A stretch of DNA of 20,000 nucleotides from Craspedostauros australis. Taxonomy: Eukaryota. The stretch is from assembly GCA_030167865.1 (NCBI GenBank), contig JALAGF010000415.1:55022-75021 (forward strand). Direction: 5' to 3'. Both the position numbers and the translations under genes were made by a program. The notes under the pieces were generated by a model. It was given only the letters and a program-made list of their open reading frames with translations. It did no database searches and had not been told where the DNA came from. Shown piece by piece: positions 1 to 9,800 of this stretch; the stretch's first letter is position 1, and every line of letters starts with the position of its first letter.

Positions 1-85
1 GGCAACAGTAACAGTAACAGGAACAACAACGGCAACAAGGGAATTGCATCATCCATCTCCTCCAGATAAAGGCGAGAGGCAAGAA

Positions 86-110
86 AGAGAGAGAGAGAGA
101 GAGATAGAGA
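86..110. repeat. (AG)n microsatellite upstream of the LRR gene
   Basis: AGAGAGAGAGAGAGAGAGATAGAGA. Confidence 0.85.
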
Positions 111-569
111 GAAGACGACACTGAGCAAGAATCGATTCAAAGAGGAGCCAAGAGAGAACAAGACGAAAGGACAGGGCGGCGCTTGCGGAGATTGCACACG
201 CTGCTGCATTCGTGTCAAGCCAAGCCAAACCAATACAGCGCGTGCTTTCGATCAGTCTTGGAACAGTTCCACGATCTGATGTCGGAGGTAGGCGCCAAAG
301 TTCCGCAATCACACCAATAGCTTGCAGAGAGGCCATCACAGCTCTTCCACTTTCTGCAAACCTTCCCAACCAACTACAAGGCACAAAACAGAACAGAGCA
401 GCTCAGGCAGTCCTGATCTCCACCTCTCTGCGTTCCTGCTCTTTTTGCCGCTCGACGCTTGGCGAGTCTCTTGCTTCAGTCCGAGTCGCGTGTGCCGAGA
501 CTACACCATTCATCACAACATCAACATCAACGGCAACATCATAGCATCCATCTGAAAGCGCAAGAAGCC

Positions 570-3500
570 ATGGATGAGGAAGCACACGGCGGTGGCCATG
601 CCCCCAGTTCCTCAGCAGAGCAGCAGCAACAGCAACAGAAGAAGAAGGGCTCCAGATCCGGCTCAAAGACGCGAAAGAAGTCGCGGAAGAGCAGCTCCTC
701 CACACCCCAGACGGACGAACACAGCATGATGAGCGACCCGCAAGCGACGCAGGGCGACGACCGCGACGCCCTCTCGCACACTCCCAACGAAGCTGACGCG
801 GACAGCACCCTCCTTCAATCACCGGTGTCCCCATCCTCCAGAGCGAACGGATCCAAATCGTCGCACTCCTCGAGGAACAGAAGGAAGACCAGAAAGACGA
901 GCACCAACGACACCGACGGCAAGCCAAAGTCAAAATCGAAACGAAGGACCACCAGGTCGGCTGTACTTGATGCTGACGGCGCCAGCAAGGGCGGCATGAG
1001 CAACAGCGGCAGCGCCAACGGCAGCAGAGGACGCAGATCTCACAAAAGCCCAAAGCGCTCGGCCAAGACCAACGGCCAACTCAGTCCCAAGAAGCCGCGC
1101 AAGTCTGCGGCCTCCGCCCAAACCAACGGCAACAATGGCGACGCGACCTCCCTCGCGTCATCCAAACCCATGTCGGTGTCCCCCTTGCCGTCTCCCTCGC
1201 CGGCCAAGTCCAACCCACGCGGTCGGCAACTTCCAGAGGGATTGAAGCTCATCACGGTGCCTTCCCAGGAGAACATCGACCTCAACTACGACAACGACAG
1301 CGACAGCGACGAACTTGAATATCCTTCCCGAACGCCCCGCGGATTGGGCAGAACAGATGGTAAGAATGAACAGCAGGGACAGCAACAGCGACGGCGACAA
1401 GCAGAGACAATGATAGACACACATACGACGATACAGACACAGCCAGAGACAGCGACAGCGACAGCGATAGATAGACAGGGAGAGAGACAGGCAGACGCAC
1501 ACACACTGACACCCAACATGACACATGCGCATCCACATGCACAGACAAATATAAGTACAGATGCACAGATACAGCCACCAATACAAAGGCGAAAGCAGGA
1601 ACCGAGAGAAGACCATGAACAGGAGCAAAGTTCGGAACCACCTCGTGCACATGCAAGCAAACCGCAGGAGCTGCACTTCGACTCGTCGGCAACAGACACT
1701 ACGAGACCAGCATCCATATCGACATCCATATCAGCATCCATAGTGACATCCATAGTGGCATCGCCTGCCATCAACCATCGCACCACCAACACCAGCACCA
1801 CTCGCATCACGATGACAGGGCAGGTTCTGGAAATCCACGGTCCTGCACCGCTGCCACAGCGCAGGTTTTCGCAGGAGCAAACACCACCACGACCACAATC
1901 ACGCTCGCTATCGCAAACGCAAACACTACCAAGGACACAACAACATCATCAACAGCAAAACGGTCACAGCCAGAAAAGTAAGACAGACATCATGTGCAAC
2001 ATTGAAGACAGCGACAACCATCATGATGGCCTTGGTATTGGCAACAACGACGTCAATGCCAGCGCCAGTGCCAATGATGCTGGCAGGAACAAAGACCACC
2101 CAGCAATGTCACCAGTCAACCACACCAACTTCGTACACATTCCACTTCCGCGACTCCCTTCCCCTCCTTCCACAAAACCGCCTCATAATGGACACAACGG
2201 GCGTCCCCCTCCACCTTCACGCCCACCACCACTACCTCACCAACATCAGCAGCAGCAGCAGCAGAAGCCACACCACCTTCCTCCGACTTCGACTCCAACT
2301 CCATCTTCTCCTTTCAAACACACGACAATCTCATCGACACATGCGGCTCAATCTCAACCAACCGCAAGCAATCAACCACCATCGTCACCGCCATGTCCGT
2401 TGCCATTCAACATGCAACCACGCAGCGCCAGCGAACGGGTTACATCACAGAAGACATCCATCGCAAACGCATCCGACAGCTCGAGCACACACCAGTCCTT
2501 GTCGGTACGATCCGTGCATGTCACGAATCACCAGAAGTACAGAGCCAAGTACAGCGCCATACCGCACTCCAGTTATCACTGCCCCGAGCCCTACGCGGAT
2601 GACGACTATCCGCTGGCAGCTGGGCAACACATGCACACCTTCTTGCAGCATTCGGCTGGTGCGGGCGATAGCGACCGCATTGGCGGCAACGACGGCGAAG
2701 ACAATGACGACGACTGCGATGACGAGGAGCTGGAGGAAGAGTCGATGGCTGTGTCCTCCATACACCATTCTTTCACCGATGGTGGCACGACCAGCGCTGG
2801 TGAAACCATCAGCAGCGGGAGTAGCAGTGGCAGCTTCAGTGAAGATTACGCGATCACTGATAGTGACAGCAGCTACGACAGCGGCGTGGACACTGCCACA
2901 GGCACTGGCACGGGTACCGATACTGCCGCCAGCATGCTTGGCAGCGCATACTCCCAAAGTGGAACTGGGACCGATAGCGATAGCGACAGCAATGTCGGTA
3001 CTGACGCTGACACTGATACCGAGGCTGGCGCCGATTCTGAGACAGGCGCTGACACGACGTCGCGAGGTGATGACCGCAAGAGTCATGGTGGCAGCCAAAG
3101 CAACAGCAGCGACGGTAGCAGCAGCGATAGCGATGAGGATGTTTCTGTGGACTTCATGGCCAAATCGCAATCACGGTCCATCTCCAGATCACGCTCTGGA
3201 CGTCTTCGTGGCAACGACCAAGGCTACGGCCAAACCCCATCCCTGGATGAGGAGGAAAGCATGTCATCATCGTTCAACACTGCTCTGTTCGCCAAGGCCA
3301 TTCATACCGACTACGATCACGTTGATCGTAAATCGCGCTTTGATCCCACAGCTGGGTACAACTCGTTCTCGTCCTTCTCGCAATTTGCCGCGGCAGACGA
3401 CAGCCATTCGAAACCTCTCATACATTTCATGCCTCTCTCTCCTTCTGCCACTTCTATCACAAAACGCAACACCGGTCACGACCGCGATCCTTTCTCTTCT

Positions 3501-4778
3501 CCTGTTCCTGTTCCGGTTCCTTCTCCAACAACCCCCTCTCCTGACGGCCTTCCCCAATACACTCCCCTGCCTGTATTCCCATCATCGCTCGACTCACCCG
3601 CAGGGATGAAGGAATTGTCCACCGAGGCACCGCATTCGCGTGCAAAGGACGATCTGTCCGATGGGTCAGACGAGGACAGCTTCTTCGATGGCAACGACAA
3701 TGACGATCCCAACGACTATCGGAAACCATCCACCGGATATCCCGAGGACGACGATGACATGTACAGCCAGGCCAAGTGCAGGAATGACTATTACAACGTG
3801 GACGACGATGATGAAGATGGCGCCATTGCCGACGAAGACAGCGTGGAAAAACACCTCGGCACAGCCGGAGTCGACGACAACTCCGAAGGTCAAGAACGTG
3901 AATTTCAGTCCGAACAAGCTCGCCTGTCCTTCTCCACCAAAGGTTCGCAGACCAAAATCCTCAAGCACAGCCAGGGCAGAGGCGCGTACCACGACGAGGA
4001 GGACGGCGATTTGTACAGCTACGACAGCCGCGATGAAGATGATATCGAGGAACAAGACCGCTACCAACGACGCAAGCGGTTCTTTGAGATTGTCTTCGCC
4101 GTGGTGTGCTGTTGCTGCCTGACGATCATCGGCATCGTGCTGGCTGTCGTCTTCATCACCCGTGACAATGATGACGATGGCGCGCCAGCAACATCGCCGC
4201 CAACGCCACAACCAACTCGGGCACCGATCGCGTTCGTTGATGATGTCGACGACGACTTCATCTTCCAACCATTGCTGTTTGCCCCGGCGATGATCACAAC
4301 GTTCATGGCACCTGCTGACGGAGACTGTGACAACACCAACCAGGAGGGCTTTCCAAACGTCCTCGATCAATGTGCTTGCAACGGGAGGATCAGCGTTTTG
4401 CCCATCGACGTGGTTCAGATGCGCGCTTTGCTTTTGCAGATCTTGTCACCGCTCTTCTACCCTCCGCTCGAAGGCACCAACTCTACCAACAGCACAGATC
4501 CAGCTTCCACATTCCCGCATGAGGTTACATCCTGCGACGCAGCCAACCTTGCCATGGTGTGGCTCGCATCAGGCGACATGCGAGACTCCGGGCATCTGCG
4601 ACAACGTTACGCATTAGCAGTCATGTATTTCGCCATGCAGGGTCTGCGCGACAGACGATGGGTGTACTCGGACGGATGGCTGTCGGACTTGAACGAATGC
4701 CTTTGGCTTGGTGTGCAGTGCAACAACCAAGACGTCGTGAATTCATTGGCGCTGGAGAGCAACAACGTTTACGGAACC
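570..4778 (+). CDS. Exon 1 of a membrane-anchored leucine-rich-repeat receptor-like protein: long disordered N-terminus, TM helix, Pro/Thr stalk, LRR N-cap
   Basis: First in-frame ATG is at 570 (MDEEAHGG) in ORF 459..4802, with an in-frame TGA upstream at 414. TM segment RRKR-FFEIVFAVVCCCCLTIIGIVLAVVFIT at ~4080-4160. N-cap QRYALAVMYFAMQG...W...GWLSDLNECLWLGVQCN, then SLALESNNVYGT ending at a GTGAGT donor (4779). Confidence 0.85.
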
Positions 4779-5158
4779 GTGAGTGCCCATGCGTTGCTTT
4801 GATCGTGGTTGATTGACAGTATATCATGGGATACTGCGCTCGTATTTGTGGCGAAGTGCGAAGTGCTTGTTGTGCTTTCAATTGTGAGCACAGAAACTGT
4901 AGTGCGGGTGGAGTATGGCATTCCATGATACTAGTATGCCAGGGTATGCAATGCATCAACGGTTGCACATTGGTCTTGCCTTGTACAGGAACAACACGGC
5001 ACTGCACGTCTCACTTACTTCCCCAATGTGCGACTTGCTGTACCTCAACGACTACACCTTCCTTTCCAATCCTCTTCATGCGTCACACGTATCCATGCTC
5101 CTCCCTTTTCGCCAACATCATCGTGGTGGGCAACAATCCATGTCATGACGGCACACAG
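4779..5158 (+). other. Spliceosomal GT-AG intron, 380 nt, phase 0
   Basis: Donor ACC|GTGAGT, acceptor GCACACAG|TTA, pyrimidine-rich tract at ~5055-5110. Splicing joins NNVYGT to LPTEISKL and rebuilds a complete plant-type LRR unit in frame. Confidence 0.9.
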
Positions 5159-6106
5159 TTACCAACAGAGATTTCCAAACTGGAAGGCATCGCAGCCATA
5201 TCATTATCTCGCAACCAACTCAGCGGCAACTTCCCAACGGAAATTTACTCGCTGCCTCGGCTGAGAGAGCTGCGTTTATATTCCAACCGCCTGAGAGGCA
5301 GGTTGCCGTCTGAAATCGGACATGCCACAGCGCTGCAGAGCTTGCTGATCTACACCAATACATTCACCGCTCGACTTCCATCCGAATTGGGACGTCTGAC
5401 CAAGCTGACCCATCTGGACCTTGGGGATAACCTCTTCAAGAATGCGATCCCCAGCGAGCTGGGCAAGCTGACGGAGCTCCAAATTCTCTCGCTGTTCCGC
5501 AACCAATTCAGCGGCGCGTTGCCGAGCGAAATCGGCGCACTGACGAATCTCCAGAACGTCTCGCTGTCGAAGAACACCGGGTTGGTTGGCGAGATCCCCA
5601 CCACGATTGGAAACTGCAAGGCTTTGCTGAATTGGCAAATCGATGAGACTGGCGTCGGTGGTCCGCTCCCCACCGAGATGGGACAGTTGTCTGAACTGTA
5701 CGAGCTGGTCCTCAAGGACAGCAACTTCCGAGGCACGTTGCCAACCGAGTGGGGCAGCATGCTCGGCCTCCACCTGTTAACTCTGTCGGACAACGAGGAG
5801 CTCACTGGAGACCTGCCCAGCGAGCTTGGGGAGCTCACGAACTTGGTCCGCATCATCGCCGAAAACACAAAATTCAGCGGTGAACTGCCGAAGGAGCTCG
5901 GTAACTTGAAGCAGCTCGAGACCCTGAATATTCGACGAACCAGCGTGGCCGGGTCAGTCCCATCGGAGATCTGCGCGTTGCGCACGGAGGCCAAGCTCGA
6001 AAGGTTCCTAGCGCCATGCGAAAGCGGAATCAACAGCATCTTGCAGTGCGAGGTCCCAGCATGCTGTACTAGCTGCAGAAACCGGCCTGAAAATGCCTTT
6101 CGGTGA
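5159..6106 (+). CDS. Exon 2 of the LRR receptor-like protein: ~12 plant-specific-type 24-aa LRRs (including the junction repeat) and a Cys-rich C-cap
   Basis: Repeats of LxxLxLxxNxLxGxLPxExGxL (e.g. LTHLDLGDNLFKNAIPSELGKL, LQILSLFRNQFSGALPSEIGAL). C-terminal cap C...QCEVPACCTSC. Stop TGA at 6104-6106 followed by TAA. Confidence 0.93.
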   Translation, partial: LPTEISKLEGIAAISLSRNQLSGNFPTEIYSLPRLRELRLYSNRLRGRLPSEIGHATALQSLLIYTNTFTARLPSELGRLTKLTHLDLGDNLFKNAIPSELGKLTELQILSLFRNQFSGALPSEIGALTNLQNVSLSKNTGLVGEIPTTIGNCKALLNWQIDETGVGGPLPTEMGQLSELYELVLKDSNFRGTLPTEWGSMLGLHLLTLSDNEELTGDLPSELGELTNLVRIIAENTKFSGELPKELGNLKQLETLNIRRTSVAGSVPSEICALRTEAKLERFLAPCESGINSILQCEVPACCTSCRNRPENAFR

Positions 6107-6893
6107 TAAGGACGCGCTCGTCCGTTGTTTAAGGGCGCTGGCTGCCATCCCACTCGTGCATCAGGAGAGGACGTGAAATCGTTGGATTCGATATGAGCGG
6201 AGAGATGACCAAGTGAACGAAGAGACAGAGAGAAAGGAAACCAAGGGTCCGAGTTTGCGGCAAACGAATCTCTAGAGAGAGTGCGTCATGTGCGTACTCG
6301 TGGTTCAGAGCAACGTGATAGAAGACGGCACGAGACGAAGACCTAGGTGCGAGTATTGGTAGTGTGTGACCAAAGCAAGCAGTCGCATGGTGCAAGCAAC
6401 GACCAGGCTCAGACTGATGCATAGTATGGACGTTTCATCTGTCTCGCTCTGTATGGCGCGCATCTCGATCGCGATTTCTGGGTCCTGTCTGTGCAAGCAT
6501 TATACGAGTGTAGATAAAGTGCGCTTTCTCGTCTGCACCAAGTACGTGTATTCGTGCCACAGTCGCTCGTAGACTACTGTAGAGAGAGAGAGCACCACAA
6601 CATGCTCGCGATCATTGATGCGAGTTCCCCATTCGATTGGACACCACAATCCGACGCATACGTAAGTCTGTTCGCCAGTACCCCATGCTTGACGTCCTGT
6701 TCTTGGTTCCATCTGTTTTACTTGTACGTATTATGTGTAGTGATTGCCAGTAAAACCGTTAATTTCATGTTGATGTTCTATTATATAATATAGATGGTAG
6801 GTACGGTGCTATGCACCATGTCTTTCTATGTGCTACCTGTTGTGTACGGCGGGTGCTCATGGAGCAGCAGCCGGCTAGGTCCACGTCCTCTCT

Positions 6894-9800
6894 TTATGCG
6901 GCGACGATGTCCTGAGGTGTCGCTGCTGTAGAATGCGCCACGCTCTCGTAGTCCAGCATGGGCTGGATGGGTTGGTCGTCGCCTGTATCGTAAACCAGCA
7001 CCTTGCCATTGTCGGTGATTTCTGGTCCATAGTCACTGTCGTTGTCGTCGTCATCGCCCACACCACCATGCTTCTTCATCCGCGGGCCGTCCAAAGCACG
7101 CATGGCGCTGCTTGATTGTTGGTTGGCATCCTCGGAGGATGCACTCCTGACGACTGACTGGACGCAGTTCTTGGATGCTCGAGGCGGTGGACGGCCCATC
7201 AGGCCGCGCAAAGCCCAGCGGAAGGTGTCGGTGAACAGGACCGGCACGGGACGCACCACCACGTGAAGATCATCGTCGACATCAATCTCAATGTTGCTGC
7301 TAGTTTCGCTGGAGGAATCTTGAAGGAGGAGACCTTGGCTGGAGGCGATCTCGTCGTCCAGAGTCTTTCGCTCCAGCTCATCCTGATCTCGGAAGAATTG
7401 GTTGACTGCCTTCATGACGAACGTGTTGAGGAGCGCCAGCAAGACAGCGCCGGCTGCCAAGACGTACGATCCGTTTTCGATTCGAGATTCGATGCTGAAA
7501 CATTGCGCGTCTTCCGATTTCAGGATGCCGACGTAAACCAGCTGGTTGAAGGTGGGTTCGAGGCTCTCGCAGTACGAGTTGATCATGAACTCGGATACCT
7601 GCCCCAGCTGCCAGCTCGCGACGAAGATGGCGATCAGGTACACCTCGGCGTACTGCCATGCCTGGAGCATCTCGATCAAGATGGCCATGCGCCAACGGAG
7701 CTTGGGCGCGACGGGAAGAACCCATTGGACCAGCAGCGCGATGGCCTGCAATACTGGAACGACGAGCACGGAGAAGACCAGAAGCGCCGAAAGCGTTCCG
7801 AGGCCGATGAGATCGCTTGTGCCGCCGAGGAACTCGGCTTGTTCCATGAGGAGCTCCACGATGGTGAAGACCGTGTGATCAGTGTTTGCTTCAGTAAAGC
7901 CCTGGCCGGACTCGACGGCAACACCCACCATACCAAGCAATTCCAGCGAGAACGAGGGCATCAAGCATCCCCAGACCACGAGCACGCACAGTGCGGCTGC
8001 CGTGACGGAGACCACCACGCTGACCCCGCGTCGTGGGACGAGCTTCTCCCGCTCACCTCGATGAGGACGGGTGAAGGTGTGCGTGGCCAGCTGAGTTCGT
8101 TTCGCCTTCATGTCCATCAGTGCGGGGGTGCTGGATTGCTCACCTCCCAAACATTCTTGGTCTCCCACAATGTCACCCAGCTTGTCTCGTTCTGCCTTGT
8201 ACTTCTTCGTGGCCACATCGACGATCTTGCGATGGTAATGGATGATGAAATGCGAGCTGACCTGGGAAATCAGCTGCGCGATCATGTTGGCGTAGAGACC
8301 CCAGAGCGGGACCACGAGCAAGTCCAGAGAGTAGAAGCCGTTGGGGAGGAAGGCGACGTCCGGGCTTTGGACGGACACTCTGAACGCCGCGAGCGAGATG
8401 ACCAGAACGAAGATATCCACCATGGACCACTTGCCGAGGCAATCCAGCCACACGAGGATCGACCCGCGTCGGGAAACGGGGACTCTGCTCGGTGGGAGGA
8501 ACCACAGGGCAAGCGTAATGAGCTGCTTGGAGTACGGCCACAGACCAGAGAAGAGGAAGATCATCACGGCCAACTCGCGACCACCGGCGTTCCAAATGTC
8601 AATGGTTGACTTGGCCATGCTGAATTCGAAGAACTGCTCGACGCTGAACGATTCGCCAGCGAGCTTGCCCTGGATGTTGACAGTGGCTCCCAGGCTAAGA
8701 TGCCCGCTCAGGAAGAAGCCAATGTTGCCGAGAATGATCAGAGGCATCGAGATGCGCAGCCACAGAGGCAGGATGGGACTCGTGAAGAGCGAGTGTGTGG
8801 TTTCGTTCAGCTCGTCGTCCATGTCACGTTGTCGGCGCTGCATGCGAAGGATGCGATCGACTTTGCTCTTCGAGAGGGTGCGCAGCCATCGTCTGTGCCG
8901 CCGTCTCACGATGCACCTGATGGTGCACATGAGGAAAGCTACGATTGCGACAAGCGACAGACATGTTGCACCGACGGCCAGAAGGAAAGACGCGTTGGAC
9001 TCTCGCGGCTCGACTTCGAAAGCCTCGTAGGTGACCTTGCTGAAGTTCTCTTCGTATGTTGGCAGGTGAGGGCATTTCATCATGGCGTCGTTCAGCATCC
9101 TGTCGACCTCCAGCGAGAGGTAGTTACCGCCAAGAAGGCGTTCGATGTAGTTGATGAGTTCGTTTCCAACCTCGGTCACGCCTTCCCTTGCTTCTGGAGA
9201 CGACAAGAAGTCGGCCAGTTCGTACATTTCCGGGCTGGAACATTCGACGCAGGTGATGTTCAGTCGCAACTCGGCCGCAGATGCGGCGAGATCGACGAGC
9301 TGTACATTGGGGACCTCGTCTGGAAGCCTCACACCCCTTTTGTCGAGCTGGGGTGCTGGGATGATCGCCAACCAGCAGTTCCAGTTCAGGAGGCTCTTCA
9401 GTGGGAACGAACGGAATCGCTGATCAGCAATGCGGAGCAGGCCCTGGATGAAGATGCTTGCTGTGTACAGGTCCAACTCGAGATCGACTTCGTTGCGCAC
9501 CTGCAAGTTGTCATCGCCGAGAATCGAGAGCAGCAACCGCGCGGAGAAGCGGAGCGGCCTGTCCTCGGTCGCGAACACGCCAGAATTGTTCAACTCGAAA
9601 GGCGAGCCCATCATCGGCTGAAGGATGGACACTGGGTACCCGAGCGTGTCCAGGTTCTCAATTCTCATGTTGCTGACCCGAAGTTCGACCGTCGCATCGA
9701 GGCCGCCGGCCTGGATACTGGTTTCCGTATCGAAGAGGCTTCCTTCGAACGCGAATGTTCCGGTCGTGTTGGACTGGTCCTTCAGCAGTGGCCCGATCAT

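Noticed and set aside
1-45. (AACAGT/AACGGC)-like hexamer repeats at the window start as telomere or CRISPR
   Set aside because: Short, degenerate simple repeat; no spacers and no canonical telomere unit.
2002-3609. 535-aa alternative-frame ORF overlapping the LRR gene
   Set aside because: Thr/Ala-rich frameshift reading of low-complexity GAC/AGC codons; non-ATG start; no domain signal.
4826-6106. 426-aa ORF as an independent gene
   Set aside because: Its first 111 codons lie in an intron whose removal restores a perfect LRR with the upstream ORF.
5350-6153. 267-aa minus-strand ORF with periodic pattern
   Set aside because: Antisense mirror of the LRR repeats.
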